A DNA stretch of 57,673 nt, filler included, from Sluysia triapertura (Eukaryota): the NCBI GenBank assembly GCA_046118255.1. It is 5 parts of 5 records of this genome, joined end to end, with 100 filler letters (N's around TTAATTAATTAA, not from the genome) between each part and the next. Parts side by side here need not be neighbours in the genome. Positions count along the whole stretch, not along the records: positions 1 to 11,245 come from JBJNIA010186869.1; positions 11,346 to 23,663 come from JBJNIA010119862.1; 3 more parts are not named here. One strand, given 5' to 3'. Under the pieces are notes generated by a model. The model ran no database searches, was not told the DNA's origin, and saw nothing but the letters and a program-made list of their open reading frames with translations. Numbering within the stretch: position 1 is the first letter of the stretch; each line of letters begins with the position of its first letter. Shown here one piece after another: positions 9,752 through 23,763 of the stretch. Both the position numbers and the translations under genes were made by a program.

Positions 9752-10541
9752 TGTAAAGATTAAATTTTTATAATTACACTTTATGTTTTTATATTTTATG
9801 TATATTTGTTAAAATTTTATATGAAAAAATTATAAATATTATTATTATACTTAAAATAAAAATATAAATTATAAATAAAAATTAAAAATATAAATATAAA
9901 TTAATTTTGTTTAAAATTAAAAGTAAGTTTTTGTTTAAAATAATTAATTAATTTTAAGAAATAAAGAACAATTTTAAATATCTTCATCGTTTTATTACTA
10001 AACTTTGTTGATAGAATTCTCAAATCCCTCACCGGATCTTTAAGTAATCGAATCACTAAATATTGGTTAGCACAAAATGTTTCTTTAATCTGATTAGTTT
10101 CTTGAAAAATAGCTGAAATCTGATCATGTGTAACTAATATTCTACAGAAATAAGAAATATTAAGTTCTGTTGGTTGATCAGTTGCATTCATATTTCCAAT
10201 TAAACATTACTTTTACACTTAATGCTTCACTTATGTTAATCGATTTACTATACTCTTGAGTTAGACTTCCTTCTGCAAGTGTTTCTAAAAACTTAAACTT
10301 ATTTGCAAATTATCTGAGGAGTCGGTTCGCCTAATACATACGATTTATACCACTAATTGGAAACGTACTATTAGGTTTTCTAAATTATACTTAACTAACT
10401 TTTTATTTTATAACTTAAGTCTTATCTTTTATGTCCAGTTGCTTGGAGCACTTTAATTAATTTATACTACAACCCCTTACTAGGTGTTGTTTAATTAAAC
10501 TTTTATATTTTATATTTACGCAACCCATATTAAGGTGTTAC
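9752..10541 (+). mobile_element. 3' LTR of the Gypsy element (3' end uncertain: ..TACTACA 10471 or ..GGTGTTAC 10541)
   Basis: TG start directly after the PPT; AT-rich U3-like tract. Confidence 0.6.
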
Positions 10542-10556
10542 TTTCTCAAAAATTAA

Positions 10557-11245
10557 TGTGAATTTCGATAAAGATAAAGTTTAAACACAATTAATTAAAA
10601 ATGAACTTAAACTGAAACTTTTTATTGCACAAAATGTTAACTTACAAAATTACAATAATAATGAGCTTACAATTAGTTAATAAAACAAAATATAATAATA
10701 ATAATGAATTTAACAAAGTAATTCAACCTCAGTTGATTACAAATAATTTTAGCGTAAGGTTACGCAACTCTTGTTAAGATGTTGCATAAAAAACGAATTT
10801 TCGTTGATTTTTGGATTCCCTTAGAGATGAATCGGACCTTATAAAAAAATTAAATTACTTGTGCATGAACTGATTTACAGTTTTCAATTTTGTCTTCTAA
10901 AAATTCAAATTCTAAATCCTGAACTTGATCTAAAAAAATTGTGTTGAAAATATTTTGCTCACTTCTATTTATATTAATCCAATTGATACTTCCATTTTGT
11001 CAAATATTAATTTAATAAAACAAAATTTGAAAAACAAAGATTTATAAATTTAATAATTTTTTGTTCTAAAAAATGTACTTCACCTTTTATTCAATTTATT
11101 CAATTTTAAGTTTAGTAATTTAATTTTAATTTTAATAGTTTTAATTTTCTAGTTTTTTCTGACTTTGAATTAACGTTTTTATAATTTATTTTATCAAAAA
11201 TATTATTTTAAAATTAATAACTTTTTTATTTTAATTATAATAAAA
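10557..11245 (-). mobile_element. LTR-like repeat (family B), second diverged copy, truncated by spacer
   Basis: Shares TTACGCAAC..GTTGC, GATTCCC..TGAATCG..CCTTATAAAAA..AATTACTTGT and the minus-strand TATAAATAG with 1-300. Boundaries approximate. Confidence 0.5.
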
Positions 11246-11345
11246 NNNNNNNNNNNNNNNNNNNNNNNNNNNNNNNNNNNNNNNNNNNNTTAATTAATTA
11301 ANNNNNNNNNNNNNNNNNNNNNNNNNNNNNNNNNNNNNNNNNNNN
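11246..11345. other. Artificial contig spacer
   Basis: N44-TTAATTAATTAA-N44 (stop codons in all six frames). Confidence 0.95.
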
Positions 11346-13338
11346 AAAATTAATCGTACAAAAATATTCTTTGCCTTAACTTAACAATAATGGGCAAAAT
11401 CGTCGTTTATGTCAATTAACAACAAATGACTTAAAAACTAATTAAGACTAATTAATAGATATTTAAATTAAAATTAAGTGAATAATAATAGTATAAGAAC
11501 ATACTCTTTCCTATATCTCTAAATTCTAATATAACGACCGTAGAATTTATTAAAACAATATTGAAATCGACGTAACTTTTATTTCTAGAAAATATGTATT
11601 AATTATGGTTTATTATATAAAGTAAAAATAACTGTAAACTTAATTTAGGTTTTACGTTTATTTAACAAAAGAATTCAAAAAATTATTTCAAGACTTTTGA
11701 TTATATAAAATGCTATAAAAAACGATAATAATTCAGTGAAACAGATAGTTATAATTATTAACAACACAAAAAATAATAATAAAATTATAATAAAGATAAT
11801 ATTTAAATTATAGTAATGGTCTAGCCGAAAACTCTACCCTTTGATATCTATTTTGTAATTGACCTTAACGGCCAACTAAAGATTCGAGATTTTAGATTTT
11901 AGTTTGATTTTGTGATTGGCTTTAATGACCAACCGTGAAAAATAGTATTTTAAGTATATTTTATAACTCTACGTGAAGCTAACAACTTATATAAACAAAA
12001 CATATAATTTTAATCAAAATCTTCGATGATATTGTCCAAAATCGATCTGCCAAATGTAATTATTGCTGCTGTAGATGTGTTACCCCTCTAATCGGGGACG
12101 CGGGGATCACACAATAATTGCGAGAAGAAATTAATAATGGATTTGTTGAAACTGGATGACACAACGAATTCACTTGTTGATAAAATTGAGCGCTGATTTC
12201 CTTGTTGGCTCTTTCTTTATTTGATAATGGCGTCGAATTAATTAATGATGGCATCTAATTTTTAATGATGGTGTTTATAATTTAATTGTTGTAATTGTGA
12301 ATTGTGACTTCTATTTTCTTTGTATGTCTTTATATAGTCATAGACATTTTTAAATTTTTTGATGTAATTAAACAAAATTGTTTCTAGATGTTTCTTTTGT
12401 AATGTTTTTTAATTTATAATAATAATAATTCTAATTTTAATATAAACTAATAATTTTTTAAATAATATAAATTTTAATAATTTTTTATAATTTTTACAAT
12501 TTTTTTACATAACACAAAATTAAAAATTTTTATACCTTTACATTACTTATTTAATTAAACTGTATCATTAAGAATTGGCGTGTTACATAAATTCCTGATT
12601 AAATTTATGTTTATTTAAATTTCGATTAGATTTTGTGTTTACATTTGATTTTATTACATTTTGATATTGAAGTTTTAATTAAATTAAATTAAATTTTGTT
12701 CGTTCTTGATTCAATTAATTTTCATTTTATATTTCATTATTTTATTTTACTGTATTATTATTACTATTATCATTATTATTTTTTATAATTATAATTATAA
12801 TTATTATTGTAAGAAATAGAAATGCAAAGAAACATAAAAATAAATTTAAAAGATTATTTTGTAAGTATAATTATTTTTAATTTGAAATTATTAAATAATT
12901 AAATAGTTTAAAAAAGGACATTAAAAATTTTAATTACTAAAAAAGAAAATCCTAAAATAATTTAATTGCCTGTTAACAAAAGATTTATAATAGTTAAAAA
13001 AGAGTTATTGTAAAAAACAAAATTTATTGGATGAAAGATAATATTGGAAAACAAATAATGCAGACCACAACAAACAAACAATTCATTAAAGTTATTCAAC
13101 ATTCACACACATTGTTGTAATCCCAATAATTGTTAAAATACAAAGGAAGGAGTAACGATCAGGATTTAAAAGTAATAAAATATCAAACAGTGTTCCAGAT
13201 AATCATTCCAATTTTAAATTTATCTATTGTAAGTTTATTCTCGTAAGGCTAATCTTAAGTAATTAAGATTTAAACTACACTTAAACTCACTATATATTCC
13301 AGATTTTCTTAAGGGTAATCTTAAAATCAATTCATTAT

Positions 13339-13909
13339 TGAGTAGGGTCTTGTTACAGTAAACGCCTTATGTCGTAAAGGTAGCGTCAATGCCAAAAAAT
13401 TTAATCTATTATTTAATTTGGAGGGTCTCTTAAATTACTTTTATTATCAACTTGTCCAACTAATATAATTAAAATAAGTAAACTAAACTAAATTAGCTAT
13501 TTAACAGAAAAGTAAAGACTTATGAAACCGAGTTACAAAAATATAAATTTATAATCAAAATCTTATGGATCTTTGATTTTTTTATAAATGATGATAATTA
13601 AAAACGTTCCCCTCATTAGATCGGGTTTTTGATAGTTCCTTAAATTGAATTTACCTAGATTTTACGTTTCAATTTTTTAAATAAATAAATTGTGTTGAAC
13701 TGATGCTAGTTTATATACTAGTCATCAGCCAATAGAAATCGATGGAATGTTTTAGAACATTCTAGAAGCTTATTTTTTTGAAAAATAATTTTTATTTAGT
13801 GGAAAATAATTTTTTAACTTATTTCGAAGCTTTTAAATATTTTTTCAATGTTTTAAAATGTTTTAATGATTTTTAAATAATTTTAGAGAGTTGCGATGGC
13901 AACCTAACA
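13339..13909 (-). mobile_element. LTR-like repeat (family C), copy 1
   Basis: Minus strand starts TGTTAGGTTG. Shares CTAGTTTATATACTA-TCATCAGCCAAT..ATCGATGGAATGTTT and GTTAC.GTAAACG blocks with 54112-54874. Confidence 0.6.
13744..13769. promoter_or_regulatory. Heat-shock-element-like array near CCAAT and TATA
   Basis: GAAtgTTTtaGAAcaTTCtaGAA forms alternating nGAAn units. Confidence 0.55.
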
Positions 13910-15305
13910 TATATTAACACATATTATATGTTGTTATAATAATTGATAAAATACTTGACTTAGTTGCAGACTGCTCATAGATTAACATTTAATCACAAAA
14001 TTATTAAAAATCGTTAAGTAGAGTTACAATAAATTAAAAGACCATTAAGGAAAAGTTTATTTCAGAAAGATTTGCAAACTTCTTAAGAACCAAAAGGTTA
14101 AAATTCGGTAGGTCGTTTTTTACTTACAGATATGTCTTCGATCAGATATGAATCGACCCTAAGTTTATTTAATTTGCAGACAGCTAAAATTAATAACACT
14201 AGAATTATTATTATTATTATCATCCATTTTTTGTTGTTTTAATTTAAATCCACTTATTATAGACATTAGTTTTAACAAAGAAGTAATTATTTGTATAGAC
14301 ATAATCTTAAATTATATAATCCCATAAATAAAATATAATTAAATAAAATTTTTATTGTGTTAAAGTAAAATAAAATTGTCAGACACTAAGTGCGGTTTTA
14401 AAAATGACTAAACATTATAAATATTATTAAATAATTTTGAAAATTTTTATTCGCACTTCCATCTGCAACATCAGAGTTAGAATAACAATATCACAGTTAA
14501 AGAAAAAATTAGATTTAAATGTTAAATCAGAATAATTTTAATAAAAATTAAAAAGTAACTTAAATATAATATCACTTAAAGTTTTAAAAAGATTTTCATT
14601 TAATTTACGAGTAATTTATAAAATAAGAGCCATTAAATAAGAAGAATCGACAAGCATAGATTAAGTTTATAGTTTGATAAAAAGTAATGCAAAAGTAATA
14701 AATAACTAATAAGCTTTTATTACAATATAAATCAAAATTTTATCAAATTCAAATTCCGTTTCTTTCTTCAAGATATGAGGTCATAGACTTTATTCAAGAC
14801 TTTAAATAATATTATAGTGATCAATATTTTAAAGCTACGGATTCGTTTATAAGTACAAACATTTTTTTTGTTTTATTGTAATACATTTTACTTTCTTGTA
14901 CATCACTCAATTGCTAAACTGAAAATGGATTTAAAAATTCAAGTTTCGGACTAAAAATATTTTTTTCAAATTGTTAAATTTTATTTTTGCTAGTTGTATT
15001 ACAGATTTAATAAATTCAGTATTATATAAATAAATTCTCAAAATCAAAATACATTAAAGATAAAAAATGTATTAATTAAATAAGGAAAATCGAATGTTAA
15101 ATTTAATAAAGATTTGACATTTTCTAAATAATAAATATATTCTTAATGTAATAATTATTATTTATTAATTTCAATTATAAATCATACAACGAAGGAGATA
15201 ATTTAACATAGATTACTGCTTCTCGCATGTCGATGAGATGTTTATGTATATTAGCACTTTTGGGTACTTACTTTGTAGTAGATATGAGCGCAATATAAAT
15301 TAATA

Positions 15306-15362
<57 letters not shown>
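15306..15362. repeat. (ATT)n microsatellite
   Basis: Perfect run. Confidence 0.95.
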
Positions 15363-18199
15363 CATAAAAAGTTGATATGTACGTCTTTAGTTTCATTTTA
15401 AAACGTAATGTATATATAATTGATAAAAATACGATTTTATTACAAAATTATAATTAAAGTTATCGTGTTGACCAGAGATAGTAATAGAAATATAAATTAT
15501 TGAAATATTGACGTATGCAATAAAAATATTATTCTTGTACCATTTGTATCCTTGGAGAATTTTATAAGTATATATTTATATATATGAACATTTTACACAA
15601 TGGTAACGTAAGAACCTCACAAACATTGTAAATATTGTAGAAAACAATTTAAAAAGTATTTTAAATAATTGCACTTACTTTGACATCTAAAATCTACAGA
15701 TATTATTCATCTTACAGCTTGTAAATAATATTATACTTGAAAATAATATATTAGTAAAAAGTATCATTTGTAAATAAAACATATTTAACATTTATTTCAC
15801 TAATTGTAAATAATAATATTTTTATTTTCAAATGTATTTTAATTTAGTTAAATATTATTAACAATAAAGCAAATTAACCGAAATTTTTAATTTCAAAAAC
15901 AAGCCATTTTTATTTGACAATTTAAATTTTTTATTTTGATAATTAAAAAGTTTTTAACTATTTTATTTAACAATTAAAGTTTTTTCTACTATTTATTGAA
16001 ATTTTTATGATAATCAAAAAAAATTTTATTAAAATATTTATGATTGAAATACATATATAAAGTAATACAAAAACTAAAACGCTCTCAACAAAATACGAAG
16101 TACGCGGAATAAAATTATACGATCAGTGGTAGTAATCGACGAAGTCAATTGTATAATCGAAATCAACTTATATAACTGATATTTGATTTTTGGTATCAGT
16201 ATGTATCTTGTCTGATAACGGATGGAAAAATTGATTCATGCGAAAAAAATTTGCAGTAGTCAACAATCCAACATAAATATTTGATTTTCAAGAAAAGTAA
16301 AATAATATTTGTAAAATAAAATAATAAAGCTAAATAATAATAATACATTTAGCGTCAAAATTTATAATATTTTCAATCTAAGTATTAAACCTGGATTAAC
16401 TTAACTTAAAAAATTATTCAAAAATAATTAAAGAAGTTTTATTTTTTAAATTTTAAACTGAATATTATTTTATCATAATCATTTTTACTTTGTCATTTTT
16501 ACAATTATTTTTTAACTTTGTATTTAATACATCATTGACTTATTTGAATTTTGTACATTCATTATAAAGATAAGATTAAATTAAAAAATTGTCAGAAAGT
16601 TTACAAGTATAAAAATTTATATAAAGAGAATACACAATTTTTTCACGATAAGATAGTGATAAGGGTTTTCTAAACTTTATTAATCTACTTTCGTTAAAAA
16701 AGCATATCATTTAAGATAGTGACTGAGATCCGTTAAAAAACATTTAATATTGCAGTATTTCCAAGAGTAAGGAAATAACGTCTATTTCACGTCTATTACA
16801 GACGGACTCGCTTAAAATTTATAATTGTTAGGCAAAAAATAAGAAAAATATTAACAAACTTAAATAACATCTTTATAAACACCAAGTAATAAAAACAAAT
16901 ATGAATAAAAGTAACTAAAAGTAACTGCGGAGGAGAAAGTTATGAACTTATCGCACTTAATATATCATTAAAAGCAGAAATCAATAAAAATCCACTTGAA
17001 AGTGAACACTAGCAAACATAAACGAATATTAACTAGCAAAGCAGATATAAATAAATAATCACATAGTATGAAAACTAATGCATAGTAAAAATATATCACT
17101 GAAGAGATAATATATTCTATGATTAATTAATATATAGCTAAACAGCCATAATATCAGAGCTATCAAGGAATTAAATTGGTTAAATGGAGGGAAGTTGGTT
17201 ATAGAAAAGATCTCGGGTGAGGAAAATTAAATAAATAGATTCGTGTACAAGAAAAAACACTATATAAACATCAGAATTTTGTATTAAAACACACAAAATA
17301 GAAATTTTATTGACGTTATTTATATTTAGTGTCCAATTTTCGATCAAATATCAGTACTTTAACTGTAGGTGAATATATTCCAATTAGTAATTTGGATACT
17401 ACCTTTCTCACATTTCGATGCTACTTTTATAGGTTTTCCATATATTAAACTGTTAATTCTCAACATTTAATGCGTTGTTAATTTACCAATTCCTTTTGTC
17501 TTTCAAAAGTAACTGTTAGATTAAACTTTTTAACAATTATTAATACGGGTGATTTGTTTACCATATTCCATTTTTCATTTTATATTTTAAATGCTAAGTT
17601 ATTTTATATAATAAAAAATAATCCTGTGGCATTAAGCTTGATAAGTATATGAATATTCTTCATTCAGCTCAGTTATAATTTATTAAAATTTTGAAATTAA
17701 CCTTAGACTTTTTGAACAAGTAATATTTTTAAGAATATTGATTCATTAAATTATTTTTAATATTTAATTAATTTATTTATTTTAGAGATTAAAGTTTTTA
17801 TAAATATAGCATTTTTTTGCTCAATACTACATATTATTATATGTGAAGATTGTTGAAGAAAATATAGGTATTGAAAAATTCAGAGATATAATTTATTACC
17901 AAAGATAATGAAATTATCAAAATGACGTGAAAAGAAAGGTTTCAAAGAAACAAGGTATTACAGTTAAATCTGAAAAATCCAAAACTAAAAGGGCAATTAC
18001 CAATATATTAAAGCTGAAGAAGGCAAAGTTTATGCGTTACAAAATTGATGAGTAACGATTTTCAATATATCGGCATATTAACAATATAAATATAAAAAAC
18101 TAGAAAAGTATTCCTCTAACTACCACAAATGTAATTAAAATATTTTTGGTGCGAAATAGTTTTCTCAGATGAAAGATGGTTTGACAACAGAATGAACTC

Positions 18200-18415
18200 T
18201 TATAGATATCCATACGAAGAGATTCATTGAGATTGTAATGTTACTACTAAGTGGACTTCCATATATTATCGAACACTCAAAAGTCTTGATTATAACAATT
18301 TACAACAACAGTAGGTCAAATTTGAACTATTTTAGGTTAGTATAGGATAATTTCTGTATTCACATCTCAATAAATGAAGAAAGTGAAAATATTTTAGATC
18401 CTGCGATCTAAATTT
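18200..18415 (+). mobile_element. Possible highly degraded hAT transposase remnant
   Basis: NVTTKWTSIYY resembles DVxTRWNSTY; ILDP at ~18390 resembles LDPR. Confidence 0.3.
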
Positions 18416-20339
18416 AGTAGAAAATATACAAAGGACGATGAATGATACAATATATAAGCGATTTAAGAAAATAAATAATGGATGCAATTCTACGTACAAA
18501 CAGAACTAAAATAAATGTAACAGAAAGACTTGTTAATATTAGGCAGAAAAATAAACAAAACGTGATTAATTGTAATTTTATGATAAATTTATTAAAATAT
18601 TATTATGGAATTATAAAAACTAAGAATTTCTAAATTTTATAATAATTTACCAGATGACAAAAAACAGAAATTTTTCAATATTTCAATAAAATGAAAACAT
18701 CCAACTCCATTTAGTATAAATAACCTAAATTACTAATATATTAGAAAATTCTCTATTTATACCACTGATGTTCCTTTTTATTCAATGTTTCAATTTATTC
18801 TTTTATTCATTCTTTTCATTCATCAAATATCACAAGATAACGTTTTAAAATGTTTAGTTGAAATTGTAATAAATCAAATCCAGCATGTGCTAGTAATTGC
18901 ATATACGATGTGAGATTTGAACTATTATGTTAATGTCGAACTTCATAAAGCCATAAAATATTTTTAACCGTGTTACATAGTACATCGAATTGAAAATCAC
19001 AATCTCCTTTTCATTATGAAATTGTTGATCAGTTTTGTAAATTAAAATGGATTCGGATAAGGCTAAAATAATAGCTTTTATTCTACAAAATAAAAATATT
19101 TCTTGGTAATATTGTTAGTGCCTGCTTCAAACCCAATTGACTGTGATATGCTAATATAACGCTGCAACTTACGATATATATCTTTTAACTATTTTTTATG
19201 GCTTACGCGTGTTGTTGACAAATCTACTGATACAAGATTACTGTAAGTTAATAGTACTAAAATATATAATCTTAAATTTGAAATTATTAATTAAGTTTTA
19301 CTTTTAAGTTTCCTTGGAACTGTACCATTATGATTCAAATTTCATATTCTTCAAATAGTTCAAACAATTGTATTAATATGTTGTATTCGGAACTACTTGA
19401 ATGTGACTTTCTACTTGTCGCGGGAATATCTAGATATCCGCGACAACGTGCAATCGATTATATCATGTTAAATCGTTCGAATTCGAATCTTCAAATAGTT
19501 TTAAAAATTCCAGATTCACATGAAGTTTATTTCTAAATTCATTTTTATGGGTTACTAATTATTGGACTTAATTGCAGAAAAAGTCCAATGGATTCTGTTT
19601 GCATATATAATTTTTAAAATTAACGAAATAATATAAACTGACTGTATGATCACATCAACCATTATCAATATAAGTTTATGAATGGTGCGTTTCAAAAACA
19701 ATGTATCAATATCTCATGCTGATTTGATTTTATATTATGAATCAAATGAGAAATATGGTTTTGTTTCTTTTAAATTTTACTCCGCCATGTCAAATATTAT
19801 CCTCACTAACACAAACAATGATAAATAAACTCAAAAAAGCTAATACTTTATTGTCAATTTCTGAAGTAAAAAACTCTGAAATATTCACAGTGTATTAAAA
19901 ATAACTACGTCATATAAACCATATTTAATTGACTATATAATTTTTAAAATTTGTTTTGTTATAGTAATTTTGAGATATTTCAGAGCAACAATTCAAATTA
20001 TAGAAATTGTTTATATGTTTGATGTATATTACAAAATTTCGAAAACAAAATTTCCCGAAAGATTAATTGGAAAATGGAATCATTTGTCTCACATGATTTT
20101 TCATCTTTGTTTTTTCCTTTGGATGACAAAGGCTTTCTTAACCTCAGCGGTTTTACTGAAGTTTAAATGGTTCAAATATCACCAGAAGATTGTGTAAATG
20201 TCATGAATAATTCTTAATTTGGTCGAGAAAAAATTCGTGCGCCGCATTAAAATAATACTTTTTGCAGTGTCCATGTTTTTGATGACTATTAAGTTGTACA
20301 TTTTGTGAAAAGTTATTGATTTATTTCCATTTTTAAATG

Positions 20340-20629
20340 TCTGATTACGAAATAACAAATTTTGTGGAAGTTTTTGTCTCATCAAACTTTCTCCATCCGA
20401 TCAAAACACTACTTTAAGAAAGGTTGCAGTTTGAATCACTCGATGAAGTTGAAGAAGCTTGTCAATAATTTTTCGATTCACAAGCGATCGAATCCGAAAG
20501 CTTGCAGATCGCTGTTAAAGGTCGCGGAAAAAAGATTCTTCATTTTGAAGAAAAGTTGTTTTCGAATAAATTATTTCATGAAAATTCATTATTTTAATAC
20601 GGTGCACGAACTTTTCCTTCAACTTAGTA
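20340..20629 (+). mobile_element. Mariner transposon 3' remnant with TIR
   Basis: Fragments EV(L)SH, LSPSD, QFESLDEVEEACQ*FFDSQ, IRKLADR; ends GCACGAACTTTTCCTTCAACTTAG-TA like mariner TIRs. Confidence 0.7.
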
Positions 20630-21166
20630 TTTTCAATAAATAAATGTGTTATTGTTAATGAATACCATGTGGAGAAATATTTAATTTTACATAATAAATC
20701 ATGTCAATTATGTTGTCAGGTTGCGGTCACATAATTGATAACGATATAATTTATTATGAAGATATATCGCTTCAAAAAATGTATATCTGAATTTTATATA
20801 TATTTTGAAGGATATATTTTTGTTAGATATTTTATTTTTATTACAAATCTTAATGCACGAACTTACTTTTAAAAAATATCATCACTTTAATACAAATCAT
20901 CACCAGGACTATACAAGTGGAAAATAGATAAGTTCGTTCAATTAATATGGCGAAGAGACTTGTTTGATTTAGATTGTGCCCTATTATTGCGATTCAGAAT
21001 ATCAATAGAATTTTTCATAGATATATATTCAGACAGCGTAAGTAAAACAATTGTATTATCAAACTGATTTATTGATATATTTTTCATATTAGCTATATCT
21101 GAACTGAGAATGATTGATCTAATGTTACTTTGTTTGTCCAAAAAATTTTTGTACCGTTTTATTACC

Positions 21167-21219
<53 letters not shown>
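21167..21219. repeat. (AAT)n microsatellite
   Basis: Perfect run. Confidence 0.95.
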
Positions 21220-23663
21220 GTAGTAATATAATTACAAAATAATAATAGCAAAAGTAATAATAGTAATTCAAACATTTTTTCTAAAACGCAACTTCGTAAA
21301 AATGACCTTTGGTACTTATTTTTTAGACCATAATTTTTTGAAAATTAAAATAACAAGGAAATAAGAAAATAAAATAGAAAAAATGGTATAGTTAATTAAT
21401 TTTTGTATTTTTTCTATTATAATTATGTCAAAATACATCGATATCGTTGGTCTTTATCGTTTGTTATTAAATTTATTCATGTCAAGATTTCTTTTATTTT
21501 TGTATTATGAAGTATCATCGTCCCATAAGATGGAAGTAATTGTTAAATAATACAAAAATCAACAAAGTTATTATATGAAGGTATATTTTTATAATAATAT
21601 AAACATTAAAGACAAACTAAGATGATTACAAATTTGGTTCAACTTATCTTTCACATTTATTCTACTTGATAAGATTTTAATTTTAAATTGTTCGAAAAAC
21701 AAAAACGAATCGCCCACACATAACGACAATTTATTCAAATTACGATCGAAATCCAATATATAACCAAATAGAAATTTAATCGAATACCAATATTAGCTTA
21801 AAAAATTATTAGTGACACTTTTGTCTGAACATTGCTTTTATGTAATATCCTGTGCTTTTGCTATACTATTACCCTGTTTAGTTTTTTTATGGAATAAAAT
21901 ATAATGCTCATTTTAAAACATTTTAATTGTAAAATATACTACTCAAATCATTTTAAAATACATATTTATAATAAAAATCATTTTAAAATTATATAAAAAT
22001 TACTATTGAGATCATAATGCTTTTATATTACATTAAAGTGAGATAATATAGAAGTAATATAAATTTAAAATTTAGTAACAATAACAATCAATTTTAATTG
22101 AAATTGCATAAATAATCATTTTAAAGTGAGATTGTATAAAAACAATATGAAATCAAATTTTAAGAGCATAATATCCGATCAAAACTATCTTAAAACAGGA
22201 TTTAGAAAATTATATACATAAATCAAATCATATAAAATTAGGATTAAATAAAAACAGCATGTAATCAAAATTTAATAACATTATATTCGATCAAAATTAA
22301 CTTAAATTAAAGATTAGACAGAATAGATAGAAGTCATTTGTAATCAAAATTTAAAAGAATTATAATCGAAAAAAATCTTGAAATCAAAATTTCATGCCAC
22401 AATAAGTCCTAATTCAGACATGAAAAATTAAATAATTATTTAGAACGAACTATAACATGTACTGAACTATATTATTAATTGAACTACAATATGTATTTAT
22501 TATTAATTGGACTATAATATGTACTGATAACGGTGTTATTTATTTATCGAATTATATTAATATGAATGCTGTTATTAAAATTAATTATTTACGCGTATAT
22601 TAATAAATTATATCAATTATTAATATTCATTAATTATCTGTTATTAGTGAACCAGTATAAAAGCAAAAAACTAAATATAAGAAAAATAAATTATCAAGTT
22701 ATATATATATTTCTAGTGAAGATTTACGAACGATTATAATTCTGAACTGAATACTTTTTAAATACTGGTATAGAACAATCTTATAATAACATTAATCAAC
22801 TATTTCATTCATTTATTCAAAAAGGAAAAACTGAACGATCTGGTGATAACGTATTTTTTATTTTTCTGGTCTGAATATTAATAAGATTATAATTATAATT
22901 TTGATAATTTAAATATAAAATTAATACTAATTGCATTATAAAAAATTATATTATTGTAATTATCTGAAATAATTTTTTGTACTGTTATTTTTTATTTTTT
23001 TTGTGAATTGTAATAAAAGAGGAGTTGAAAGTAGAACCACAAGACAAAGCTAAAGCCATAAAATATTAGGATTATTATAAGTTAAGATAAAGTATAATTA
23101 CAGAATTAATTAAGATAATGTTAGGAAATAACAAAATTTTAACCAAATACGATTTTAAAGAATTAATTGGTTATTTAGCACTTCCGTCTCGAACTGGGAC
23201 AAGTATTTGAATTCATATCTTCAGATTAAGTAAAGCTAATATATTGATATAGAGTATAGGTATCATCTTCAGAATAAATTAGTAAAAGTTACACTAACAA
23301 TAAGAGTTTAACCTCTTGAATATTGACTCAAATTTTCCAGGCATGAGTTTAAAATTTAAATCACAAAAAGCATACGCAACTAATTATAAAGCAGAGAAGT
23401 TTCAATGAAATTACTACCATGCACCTATAATTCATAATATTAAATTTACATGGCTTATTAATGTGGAGCATACACTCTTTTTATTAGGTATCTATTTAAT
23501 ATTTGTATTTGTTCGGTATTGTAGCTACTTTTACAAAAGCAAGCATCTGACCACATTCATCTGCTCCTAGTCATTTATTTTAATTGTACCGTTCACTTGG
23601 AAACATATTTCGTTCATGTCTGTTCATTAATATTAATATTATTATTATTAAAATATTTTAAAT

Positions 23664-23763
23664 NNNNNNNNNNNNNNNNNNNNNNNNNNNNNNNNNNNNN
23701 NNNNNNNTTAATTAATTAANNNNNNNNNNNNNNNNNNNNNNNNNNNNNNNNNNNNNNNNNNNN
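23664..23763. other. Artificial contig spacer
   Basis: N44-TTAATTAATTAA-N44. Confidence 0.95.

Larger units (their letters stand above)
581..10541 (+). mobile_element. Degenerate large Ty3/Gypsy LTR retrotransposon with env-like and multiple accessory ORFs; 5' end (LTR/gag) not visible
   Basis: PR-(RT deleted)-RNaseH-IN order with GPY/F motif, PPT and TG-start LTR at 9752. Many stops and frameshifts. A 100-N gap at 8564-8663 lies inside. Confidence 0.85.

Noticed and set aside
12561-13357. Solo LTR TGTATCA..TGTTACA with near-TSD TTAAAC/GTAAAC
   Set aside because: The right junction lies inside sequence homologous to family C (54120-54150), so the boundary is probably coincidental.
18700-19790. 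Minus-strand decayed gene starting ATGGCGGAG
   Set aside because: Coding-like composition but many stops and no recognisable motif.
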